From contig JBATDM010000105.1 in the NCBI GenBank assembly GCA_049663465.1, positions 62 through 64,061 of the forward strand: 64,000 nt of DNA, in the 5' to 3' direction. A program made the translations under genes and the position numbers. Position 1 is the first letter of the stretch. Every line of letters starts with the position of its first letter. The notes under the pieces were generated by a model. The model saw only the letters and a program-made list of their open reading frames with translations, searched no databases and was not told the DNA's origin. The stretch is from Pyrinomonadaceae bacterium (GTDB lineage Bacteria > Acidobacteriota > Blastocatellia > Pyrinomonadales > Pyrinomonadaceae). Below are positions 1 to 8,001 of this stretch, piece by piece.

Positions 1-189
1 AAGATCGGGGCAAAAGTGGGGTTAACTGGCAGTGTTTAGTGTCGGTTAGCGTCGATTTGGCTCCGCGCAAAGTTTTTGGGAAAGTAGCCTTTTGTCGACG
101 GCATAGCCGCCTCCGAGGTCGGGTTGATGCGGCTGCGGAAAGGCATAGCCATTCCGCACATCGAGCGGCATAGCCGCGGCTGAGCAATG

Positions 190-948
190 TCAGTCGATCC
201 GGGCGACGTAGATCGTGTTGAACATCGGTTCGCCGTTGTAGGGGCTGGCGAAGCGGACCATGTGGGCGGTGGTGGTGTTGAAGACGGACTCGAGCGTGGC
301 GGTGAAATCGTCGTCGGGGAGTTCGGTGGACCAGAGAGCAAAAACGCCGTCGGGCGCGAGCTGTTCGCGGAGGTTGGCGAGGCCGTCGGCGGTGTAGAAA
401 GCTTCGTTTCGCGGGTCGAGAAAGAATTCGGGCGAATGATCGATGTCGAGAAGCACGGCGTCGAACTTGCGATTCGGGTCAGAAGCATCGAAACCGCTCT
501 TTGCCAATTCAAAGAAGTCGCCGCACACGAATTCGCACCGTCCGTCTTTATCCAGCGTCTCGCCGAGAGGCACAAGATGCTGCTCGTGCCAGGCGATCAC
601 CTCGGGGAAGATGTCGATGACGAGAAGCGAGGCGACATTCGCGTGTTCGAGCGCCGCAGCGGCAGTATAGCCAAGGCCGAGACCACCGACGACAACGCTG
701 AGATCCGGCCCGAGACCCGCGAGGCCGATATTCGCTAACTCGCGTTCGCCATCGACAAAGAGGCTCGACATCAGATATTCGTCACCGAGCTTGACCTCAT
801 AAACCTCGCGGCCCTGCAACAGCGGTTCGGGACGACGACGTAGCATCAGATCGCCAAGCGGCGTTTTGTGGAAGGCAAGTTCCTCTACTTTGACCATGTT
901 GAGATGATAGTACGCGCGGGCCGCAAATTCGATATGGCATGATCTCAA
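190..948 (-). CDS. spermidine/spermine synthase-like SAM-dependent transferase
   Basis: 252-aa ORF. Has a Rossmann glycine motif (VVVGGLGLGYT) and the acidic segment AVLLDIDHSP, both typical of the spermidine-synthase-like class I fold. Recognised from motifs only. Confidence 0.6.
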   Translation of the reverse strand: MRSCHIEFAARAYYHLNMVKVEELAFHKTPLGDLMLRRRPEPLLQGREVYEVKLGDEYLMSSLFVDGERELANIGLAGLGPDLSVVVGGLGLGYTAAAALEHANVASLLVIDIFPEVIAWHEQHLVPLGETLDKDGRCEFVCGDFFELAKSGFDASDPNRKFDAVLLDIDHSPEFFLDPRNEAFYTADGLANLREQLAPDGVFALWSTELPDDDFTATLESVFNTTTAHMVRFASPYNGEPMFNTIYVARID

Positions 949-1011
949 ACCGGCGGGAGCGGTCGACGATGCCCTTTTTGCATACTTTATTTATGGGTAT
1001 AAGATAAAGGA

Positions 1012-1965
1012 ATGAGCGATATCTTTGAACTCACGACCCGGCCGAATCCGGACGTGTTTTTTGGCAAAGGCGATGCAAATGACCCGCGTCTGGGCGAGAC
1101 CGTTGGCCGCGAACCGGAAGATTACGCCGCCGCAGATATCGTTATCGTCGGATGTCCACAGGACGAAGGTGTTCGACGAAACGGCGGCCGCGTCGGTGCA
1201 GCGGAGGCTCCGGGCGTAATTCGCGAACAATTTTACAAGCTTACGACATTTAATGTCGTCAAACGGATCTTTGACCTCGGTGAACTGCGGGTCGAAGGAT
1301 CGCTCGAAGATGTGCATGACCGTCATACCGTGGTGGTAAAGCAGCTTCTAGCTGACGGAAAACGGGTCATCGTCCTCGGCGGCGGTAATGACATTTCATT
1401 TGCCGACGGCGTCGCCATGGCCGAGACCTTCGGCCCCGAATGGTGGATCGGCGTCAATATCGACGCTCATCTCGACGTCAGGGTGGCCGACGAGCGAAAC
1501 AGCGGCACGCCGTATCGTCAACTTCTCGACGGCGGTCATTTGCGTCCTGATTACTTTTACGAGGTTGGATATCAGACGCATCTAGCCTCACCGATATACT
1601 ACAGCTATATTCGAGACCTCGGCGTCCACAGGATCAGTCTCGAAATGCTGCGCTCGCGAGCGGAGGCGGACATTGAGCTGAAGGAAGGTATTAGAGAAAA
1701 ATTCATCGGCCATAGCTCGTCCCTTAGCACGTTCTTTGGATTCGACATGGACGCCGTCCGAATGGCCGACGCTCCGGGAACGTCGGCACCGTCGCCGCTC
1801 GGTTTGCGGGCAGGTGAATTTATCCAGCTTGTAAAATATGCGGCGTCGCTGGCAAATACCAAGATCATCGAGTTTACCGAGGTAAATCCGCGATTTGATA
1901 TCGACGACCGCACGACGAAATTGGTCGCGGTCGGAATGCATAGGTTTTGCACGGGCGTTCTCTAG
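1012..1965 (+). CDS. arginase/agmatinase/formimidoylglutamase family hydrolase
   Basis: 317-aa ORF with the ureohydrolase motifs NIDAHLDVR (DAHxD) and GFDMDAV (DxD). The first metal motif reads GGGNDIS rather than GGDHS. Confidence 0.7.
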   Translation: MSDIFELTTRPNPDVFFGKGDANDPRLGETVGREPEDYAAADIVIVGCPQDEGVRRNGGRVGAAEAPGVIREQFYKLTTFNVVKRIFDLGELRVEGSLEDVHDRHTVVVKQLLADGKRVIVLGGGNDISFADGVAMAETFGPEWWIGVNIDAHLDVRVADERNSGTPYRQLLDGGHLRPDYFYEVGYQTHLASPIYYSYIRDLGVHRISLEMLRSRAEADIELKEGIREKFIGHSSSLSTFFGFDMDAVRMADAPGTSAPSPLGLRAGEFIQLVKYAASLANTKIIEFTEVNPRFDIDDRTTKLVAVGMHRFCTGVL

Positions 1966-2001
1966 CCGAACTCTGCTTGTGAATTTGGCGTAAGCCTTAT
2001 T

Positions 2002-2508
2002 ATGGAAACAAAGATGTTTTGTCCCAAATGCGGATCGGCCGAGCAGACACCTGACTCGTATTGCCGCCAGTGCGGTGAATGGCTTCCCGACCTCTCGGCT
2101 GCCTCTCGCGGGCGGTTCAGGACATCTACCCGCGAACAGAAGGTCCGCCGTATGCGAGTGCTGCAGATGATCAGCACTGGGCTATCACTCGCGTCCGCGC
2201 TGATCATTATCCATGTGGTAGCAAATGGGGTCGACCAGGAAATGTTGCCACTTGCGGCATTCTGCGGATTTCTTGTTGCGGTGTATCAGATAATCAGTCT
2301 GATTCTTGGCTACAACGTGTTGTCGCCCAAAAAGGCTCAATCCAACGAGTCAGATGCCTTGACGACGCAGGTATCCAGTTCTCAGTATGCGTCGCTGAAA
2401 GCCGCAGACACGCAGGAATTCATTAAGCCGGATAGCGTGGTCGAAAACACAACGGCTTTGCTGGACCATGTCCCCGCCGGAAAGTATAAAGAGGATAAAA
2501 AACGATGA
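2002..2508 (+). CDS. zinc-ribbon membrane protein
   Basis: N-terminal CPKCG...CRQCG zinc ribbon, two hydrophobic segments, and a C-terminal SVVENTTALL motif shared with the ORFs at 33295 and 33847. Confidence 0.5.
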   Translation: METKMFCPKCGSAEQTPDSYCRQCGEWLPDLSAASRGRFRTSTREQKVRRMRVLQMISTGLSLASALIIIHVVANGVDQEMLPLAAFCGFLVAVYQIISLILGYNVLSPKKAQSNESDALTTQVSSSQYASLKAADTQEFIKPDSVVENTTALLDHVPAGKYKEDKKR

Positions 2509-2894
2509 TCAAAGGAACAGTTTTATTGACACTTTTAGCACTAACGACATTACCGATGGCGGTGCCTGCATTTCCGGTTGCAACTTCGTATATAGCAGAA
2601 ACGCGATGCGGATGGTTCGTCAATCCGACCCCGGCCAATGCCTGGCTCATCGACGCCGACCGTGAATGGCTCATCGGCTCTCAGGGCGGCTATCAGGCCG
2701 ACGGCGACTGGCCGGACTTCAAACCGTCGCAATGGGTCAAGACCAATGGTTACTACGGTTACGGCTGTGCTTGCATGAAGGTTAGCGTTAATAAAGCAGA
2801 CGACAAGATCGTCGAGATCTTCTCGTCAAATGCACGGCCTCTCTCGGCCTGTAGGAAGGATAAGGCTATCAAGAGCAAAGAGCCCAACCGGTAG
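2505..2894 (+). CDS. secreted small protein, DUF4087-like
   Basis: Signal-peptide-like N-terminus. RCGW and GYGC motifs as I recall for DUF4087. ATGA overlap with the upstream ORF. Confidence 0.45.
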   Translation: MIKGTVLLTLLALTTLPMAVPAFPVATSYIAETRCGWFVNPTPANAWLIDADREWLIGSQGGYQADGDWPDFKPSQWVKTNGYYGYGCACMKVSVNKADDKIVEIFSSNARPLSACRKDKAIKSKEPNR

Positions 2895-2980
2895 CCAATT
2901 GCGAGGCTCGCCTCACTTGACAGCAATTGCCGCATTTGGCATTCTTGTTGTTCGCTTTTCTCTTGAAAAGACGAGGGTAT

Positions 2981-3056
2981 AGTCTCTTAGCTCAGTTGGT
3001 AGAGCATTACCTTGACAAGGTAGGGGTCAGCAGTTCGAGTCTGCTAGAGACTACCA
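2981..3056 (+). tRNA. tRNA-Val (anticodon GAC)
   Basis: Hand-folded 76-nt cloverleaf. Acceptor AGTCTCT/AGAGACT, D arm GCTC..GAGC, anticodon arm TTACC-TTGACAA-GGTAG, T arm AGCAG-TTCGAGT-CTGCT, encoded CCA. Confidence 0.9.
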
Positions 3057-3068
3057 TTTTTTGAAAAT

Positions 3069-3137
3069 GTAGAATGCAGAATGATGAATGCAGAATTTTA
3101 TGATTCATCATTCGCAATTCGACATTCATAATTCCGG
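3069..3137. repeat. hairpin built from 7-nt words (GAATGNN / ATTCNNN)
   Basis: 5' words AGAATGC AGAATGA TGAATGC AGAATTT. 3' words ATTCATC ATTCGCA ATTCGAC ATTCATA ATTCCGG. Perfect 11-bp core stem 3079-3089/3103-3113. Confidence 0.8.
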
Positions 3138-3276
3138 TACGATGCTTACGAAGAACTTTGCTGTTTTTACAACTACTACGCCCCGCTTCTAATGGCGGGA
3201 CAATCGCAGTTTCTTCGGATCCTGCAAAGCAAAGTCGCTCTTATCGGATCAAATCTAAGTTAGTAGTAGTGGACGA

Positions 3277-3407
3277 GTAAATCGTCAATAGTAAATAGGA
3301 AATAGATAGATAAGCGCGGCGGGAAAGTTTTCGTTGGCAATTAGGCTATTTGGAACGTGGGTCGTCAATGGAGAAATTCTGTTCACGATTTACGATTCAC
3401 TATTTAC
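3277..3407. repeat. period-7 word inverted repeat in the thrS leader (GTAAATN / NATTTAC)
   Basis: 5' arm GTAAATC GTCAATA GTAAATA GGAAATA (3277-3304). 3' arm GATTTAC GATTCAC TATTTAC (3387-3407). 17 of 21 positions are complementary. Confidence 0.7.
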
Positions 3408-3413
3408 AAAGCA

Positions 3414-5369
3414 ATGAGTGAACTAAACCTTAAATTTGGCGATAGGCAACTGGCCATCCCTGCGCCTGCGACGGTCATTGATGCGCTAAAAGCCTTCGAC
3501 CGCGACGTGTTGAAGAAGTCACTTGCTGCCAAAGTTAACGGCGAGGAAGTCGATCTGAATAAAGAACTTCCTGTAACGGCCGAAGTTTTATCGATCGAAC
3601 CGATCACCGCTGACACGGCTGACGGGCTCGAACTTTTGCGTCACTCGACCGCCCATCTGCTTGCGGCAGCGGTTCTCGAATTGTTCCCCGGAACGAAACT
3701 TGGCGTCGGGCCCGCGTTGATGGAAGATCCGCGATACGGCTTTTATTACGACGTCATCGCTCCGCGAAATCTGACCGAGGAAGATCTGCCGGTCATCGAA
3801 AAGAAGATGCGGGAGATGGCAAAGCGCGATCTTAAATATCGCCGCGACACCATTGACAAGGCAGCGATCCTAGAAATGTTCAAGGGGCGCGACGAACCGC
3901 TCAAATGCGAGCTGATCGACGAAAAGGTCAACGGGTGGGCAAGCGTCTATTACATCGACGGTTCGCCGTTCATCGATTTTTGCCTCGGGCCGCATGTCCA
4001 ACACACTGGCAAACTCAAAGCCTTCAAACTTTTAGCTCTCTCGGGCGCCTATTGGAAAGGCGATGCCGAACGCGAGCAGATGCAGCGAATTTATGGGACT
4101 GCGTTTGCATCACAGGACGAGCTCGACGCTTGGCTCAAACAACGCGAGGAAGCCGAAAAACGTGATCACCGCAAACTCGGCCGTGAACTCGACCTCTTCT
4201 CGATCGACGAGAACTACGGTCAGGGATTGATCCTCTGGCACCCTAAGGGCGGTATCGTCCGAATGGAGATGGAACGCCTGCTTCGTGAGGAGCTTGAACA
4301 GCGTGGATACAGTTTTGTATTTACGCCGCACATCGCCAAGCGAAACCTGTGGGTCACAAGCGGGCATGAAGGCAACTACTCAGATTCGATGTATGCACCG
4401 ACCAGCATAGAGGACGAGGAATATCGGCTAAAGCCGATGAATTGTCCCTTTCATATCGGTATTTACAAAGCCTCACCAAAATCTTACCGTGATCTGCCGC
4501 AGCGTTATTCTGAAATGGGCACTGTGTATCGAGCCGAACTTTCGGGAACGCTTCACGGTCTGATGCGTGTCCGCGGATTTTCGGTTGATGATGCTCATTT
4601 GTTCGTTCGCCCAGATCAAGTACACGCGGAGGTTGCGGATTGTCTGGATTTCGCGATAAAGGTTTTTGAGACCTACGGGTTTGAGAAGGTCAAATTTGAG
4701 CTTTCAGTCCGCGGCGGTGCGGAAAACAAAGGCTATCTTGGGGCGGATGAGGATTGGGTAGCCGCAGAAGAACAGCTTGCGAGTGCGCTTAACGAACGAG
4801 ATATCTCGTACGACCGCATCGAAGGTGAAGCCGCATTTTACGGCCCGAAGATCGATATTAAGATCGAGGACGCTATTGGCCGCGTTTGGCAGTTGGGAAC
4901 AATTCAGCTTGATTTCAATCTGCCGGAACGCTTTGAATTGGAATATACCGGCGATGATAACCTCAAGCATCGCCCGTTCATGATCCATCGGGCATTGTTT
5001 GGCTCGATCGAAAGATTTTTCGGTGTTCTGATCGAGCACTATGCCGGAGCATTCCCGCTATGGCTCGCTCCGGTACAGGTTGCTGTATTGCCGATCACCG
5101 ACCGCATCAACGAATACGCAGAAACTGTTGCGGCAGAGTTACGCAAGAGCGGATTTCGCGTAGAATCTAATACACGATCGGATAAGATCGGTGCTAAGAT
5201 ACGGGACGCTCAAATGCAGAAGATCCCGTATATGCTGATCCTCGGTGATCAAGAGCTTGAGAAAGGCGAGGTTGCCGTTCGCGAGCGTAAACAGGGAGAC
5301 ATCGGCACGATGTCTCTTGCAGAGTTCAAAGAGAAGATCACGGGCGAAAGATCGGCCCGCAGTCTCTGA
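3414..5369 (+). CDS. thrS: threonine--tRNA ligase
   Basis: Full-length ThrRS-like ORF with class II motifs ([26 protein letters not shown]) and an anticodon-binding C-terminus. Start set at ATG 3414 (MSELNLKF) because the ORF-track extension reads through the leader repeat. Confidence 0.95.
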   Translation: MSELNLKFGDRQLAIPAPATVIDALKAFDRDVLKKSLAAKVNGEEVDLNKELPVTAEVLSIEPITADTADGLELLRHSTAHLLAAAVLELFPGTKLGVGPALMEDPRYGFYYDVIAPRNLTEEDLPVIEKKMREMAKRDLKYRRDTIDKAAILEMFKGRDEPLKCELIDEKVNGWASVYYIDGSPFIDFCLGPHVQHTGKLKAFKLLALSGAYWKGDAEREQMQRIYGTAFASQDELDAWLKQREEAEKRDHRKLGRELDLFSIDENYGQGLILWHPKGGIVRMEMERLLREELEQRGYSFVFTPHIAKRNLWVTSGHEGNYSDSMYAPTSIEDEEYRLKPMNCPFHIGIYKASPKSYRDLPQRYSEMGTVYRAELSGTLHGLMRVRGFSVDDAHLFVRPDQVHAEVADCLDFAIKVFETYGFEKVKFELSVRGGAENKGYLGADEDWVAAEEQLASALNERDISYDRIEGEAAFYGPKIDIKIEDAIGRVWQLGTIQLDFNLPERFELEYTGDDNLKHRPFMIHRALFGSIERFFGVLIEHYAGAFPLWLAPVQVAVLPITDRINEYAETVAAELRKSGFRVESNTRSDKIGAKIRDAQMQKIPYMLILGDQELEKGEVAVRERKQGDIGTMSLAEFKEKITGERSARSL

Positions 5370-5396
5370 GATCGTTAGTATTTTTTAGGAGGCCAT

Positions 5397-6116
5397 ATCG
5401 CAAGAAGATTCAATAGGTATAAGCCGCGGTTTCGTGAACCGCAGCACCGCACGAACGAACGAATTCGCGTTCCTTCAGTGCGAGTCGTGTTAGATGACGG
5501 CGGAACACTCGGTGTAATGGATACTCGTGACGCAATTCACGAAGCCAGAAATCGTGGGCTCGATTTGGTCGAGATCTCGCCGAATGGCCAACCGCCGGTG
5601 TGTAAGATCATCGACTATGGCAAGTTTCTTTACGAACAAAAGAAAAAGGCCCACGAGGCAAAGAAGAAACAGGTCACAGTTCAGGTCAAAGAGATCAAGT
5701 TTCGCCCCGGCACCGATGATCACGACTACGAATACCGAATGCAGCATGCCCGCGAATGGCTCGAGGGCGGCGATAAGGTCCGGGCGGCGATCGCATTTCG
5801 TGGACGCGAAATGTCGCACCGCGAGCTCGGAGCGAAGATCCTAAAGAGATTGACCGGCGATCTGGCGGATCTCGGCGACGTCGAGGTCTACCCAAAGATG
5901 GAAGGCTATCAGATGTTTACCATCTTGTCGCCAAAAAAGGCAAAGATAGCACCTGCGGGTAAGCACACGTCCGCGGCGCCGGACAAGAAGGACGTGGAAG
6001 AGCCGAAAGAAACGGTTCCGGCAAAAGAAAAGGAAAAGAAACCGGCCGCGAAGAAAACATCCACTAAGGCCGTGAAGGCTAAGGAAGAGCCAAAGCCCGA
6101 CGATGAGATATTTTAG
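5397..6116 (+). CDS. infC: translation initiation factor IF-3 with Lys-rich C-terminal extension
   Basis: IF-3 core (GLDLVEISPNGQPPVCKIIDYGKF). The frame is open back to the stop at 5376-5378. AGGAGG at 5387-5392 is followed by in-frame AUC at 5397. The start is uncertain; GTG 5478 is the ORF-track start. Confidence 0.85.
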   Translation: MARRFNRYKPRFREPQHRTNERIRVPSVRVVLDDGGTLGVMDTRDAIHEARNRGLDLVEISPNGQPPVCKIIDYGKFLYEQKKKAHEAKKKQVTVQVKEIKFRPGTDDHDYEYRMQHAREWLEGGDKVRAAIAFRGREMSHRELGAKILKRLTGDLADLGDVEVYPKMEGYQMFTILSPKKAKIAPAGKHTSAAPDKKDVEEPKETVPAKEKEKKPAAKKTSTKAVKAKEEPKPDDEIF

Positions 6117-6162
6117 AAGTTACTTTAAGTAACGCAGGTAAGTTATACACAGGAGAAAGGTT

Positions 6163-6366
6163 ATGCCAAAACTCAAAACACACAAAGGCGCGGCAAAGCG
6201 TTTTCGCTCGACAGCGTCGGGCAAATTTAAACGCGGCCACAGCCATGCACGTCATATTTTGACGAAAAAGACATCGAAACGTAAACGTAATCTCGATATT
6301 GATGTTTTAGTATCCGAGGGAGATCAAAAGCGCGTCGAGAAGATGTTGCCGTACGGCCGAGATTAA
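6163..6366 (+). CDS. rpmI: 50S ribosomal protein L35
   Basis: 67 aa, [14 protein letters not shown] signature, positioned between infC and rplT. Confidence 0.95.
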   Translation: MPKLKTHKGAAKRFRSTASGKFKRGHSHARHILTKKTSKRKRNLDIDVLVSEGDQKRVEKMLPYGRD

Positions 6367-6370
6367 TTAG

Positions 6371-6452
6371 GTAAAAAGGCAAAAGTAAAAAGGCAAAATT
6401 AGGAGTGAGACCTCTTATTTTTGACTTTTAACTTTTAACTTTTGCCTTTTTC
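6371..6452. repeat. hairpin built from 7-nt words (AAAAGNN / CTTTTNN) between rpmI and rplT
   Basis: 5' words AAAAGGC AAAAGTA AAAAGGC AAAATTA (6374-6401). 3' words TTTTTGA CTTTTAA CTTTTAA CTTTTGC CTTTTTC (6418-6452). The outer roughly 14 bp are perfectly complementary. Confidence 0.8.
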
Positions 6453-6473
6453 ACGACTAAAAGGAGTGAAGAA

Positions 6474-6851
6474 ATGCCAAGAGCAAAACGTGGTAATAAG
6501 CGCCTTGAGAAGCGCAAGAAGATATTAGCCTTAGCCAAAGGCTATCGTGGAACTAAGTCAAAGCTGTATCGCTCGGCCAAAGAGTCGGTCGAACGCGCAC
6601 TAAATTTCGCCTATACAGGCCGAAAGCTGAAAAAGCGTGATTTTCGCAAACTGTGGATCGTTCGCATCAATGCGGCTTGCCGTCTGAACGACATCAAGTA
6701 TTCGCAGTTCATCCATGGGCTAAACCTTGCGGAGATCGAACTCGACCGAAAGGTGCTCGCCGACCTCGCGGTGAAACAGCCGGACGCATTTGCCACGATC
6801 GTCGGTCAGGCAAAGGACGCGCTCAGCAAACAGCAGCAAGTAGCTGCCTAG
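6474..6851 (+). CDS. rplT: 50S ribosomal protein L20
   Basis: 125 aa with an [19 protein letters not shown]-terminus typical of L20. GGAG lies upstream. Confidence 0.95.
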   Translation: MPRAKRGNKRLEKRKKILALAKGYRGTKSKLYRSAKESVERALNFAYTGRKLKKRDFRKLWIVRINAACRLNDIKYSQFIHGLNLAEIELDRKVLADLAVKQPDAFATIVGQAKDALSKQQQVAA

Positions 6852-6857
6852 CAGACA

Positions 6858-7949
6858 ATGTCGGAAGAACTTGAAAAAGTTCAAGAAATCCGCGAAGCGT
6901 TCGAGCAGGAGTTCGGACGCTTTGCTGATTTGAGTCTTGATGGCACGTCTCCGGACGCCGCCGAAGGACTTCTGCGCGAGTTGAATGACCTTAAGGTCAG
7001 ACATACCGGTAAGAAATCCACGATCTCGGGCGCTATGAACCTTGTCGGAAAGGTTGAGCCTGATCGCCGTGCCGAATTTGGCCAGCTTGTTCAATCTGTT
7101 CGCAGTGACATCACGGAAAGCATCGAGAATGCCGAATCGTCGCTTAACTCAGTTATCGCTAAGGCGAAGATCGAGCGTGAGCGACTCGATGTCACACTTC
7201 CCGGCCGTCGCTTGCGAACCGGTCACCTTCATCCGATCACGATCCTGCGACAAAAGATCGAGGATATCTTTGTGTCCATGGGCTATGCGATCGAGGACGA
7301 CCGCGAGATCGAGACGGACTATTACAATTTTGACGCGTTGAATATCCCCGTAGGCCATCCAGCCCGTGAGTCTCAGGACACTTTTTACACGACCGAAGGC
7401 TTTGCGTTGCGTTCGCAAACCTCGACTGTGCAGATCCGTGCGATGGAACGTCGGGGCGTGCCGCTGCGAATTCTAGCCCCCGGCAAGGTCTTTCGCCGCG
7501 ATACGCCGGATATGACCCATACGCCGATGTTCCATCAGCTCGAAGGATTATGCGTCGATAAGGGCATCACGATGGCTCACCTAAAGGGCACGGTCACCGA
7601 ATGGCTCAAACGGCTGTTTGGCTCCGACACAGTTACTCGGTTTCGCCCCTCGTACTTCCCTTTTACGGAACCTTCGGCGGAATTTGATTTCTCGTGCTTC
7701 AAGTGTCGCGGAACAGGTACTTTCGAGGACGATCGCTGCCGTCCGTGCAAAGGGTCGGGTTGGATCGAACTCGGCGGCTCGGGAATGGTCCATCCGAACG
7801 TGCTAAGGGCATGCGGGGTTGACCCAACTGTTTATTCGGGCTTCGCGTTCGGCTTCGGCTTAGAACGAATGACCGCGATGATGTACAACATCGATGACAT
7901 TCGCCATATGTTTGAGAACGATGTGCGGTTTTTGGAGCAATTCTCGTAA
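6858..7949 (+). CDS. pheS: phenylalanine--tRNA ligase alpha subunit
   Basis: Class II motifs ([23 protein letters not shown]) and a CxxC...CxxC insertion as found in many bacterial PheS proteins. Confidence 0.95.
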   Translation: MSEELEKVQEIREAFEQEFGRFADLSLDGTSPDAAEGLLRELNDLKVRHTGKKSTISGAMNLVGKVEPDRRAEFGQLVQSVRSDITESIENAESSLNSVIAKAKIERERLDVTLPGRRLRTGHLHPITILRQKIEDIFVSMGYAIEDDREIETDYYNFDALNIPVGHPARESQDTFYTTEGFALRSQTSTVQIRAMERRGVPLRILAPGKVFRRDTPDMTHTPMFHQLEGLCVDKGITMAHLKGTVTEWLKRLFGSDTVTRFRPSYFPFTEPSAEFDFSCFKCRGTGTFEDDRCRPCKGSGWIELGGSGMVHPNVLRACGVDPTVYSGFAFGFGLERMTAMMYNIDDIRHMFENDVRFLEQFS

Positions 7950-8001
7950 GCTTCAAATACGGGAAAAATAGGGAACGGTGAAACGATCTGTTCAAACATA
8001 G

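Noticed and set aside
100-175. Three copies of GGCATAGCC (100-108, 142-150, 167-175) in the 3' flank of the transferase gene.
   Set aside because: The word is short, the spacing is irregular (42 and 25 nt), and there is no associated structure or gene. It is too little to call a site and may lie in the tail of a gene that begins outside the window.
36-738. ORF-track entries 36..575 (-) and 187..738 (+), 179-183 aa.
   Set aside because: Both overlap the well-supported 190..948 (-) transferase gene in other frames or on the opposite strand. Both have Ala/Arg/Ser/Pro-rich low-complexity translations typical of shadow ORFs in GC-rich coding DNA.
3357-3413. N-terminal 19-codon extension of thrS in the ORF track ([19 protein letters not shown]).
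   Set aside because: It starts at GTG and is translated from the period-7 repeat arm of the leader. The canonical ThrRS N-terminus begins at ATG 3414.
3141-3413. Possible T-box riboswitch upstream of thrS.
   Set aside because: I could not find the conserved T-box sequence or a specifier-loop/antiterminator arrangement by eye. The region is kept only as a generic structured leader.
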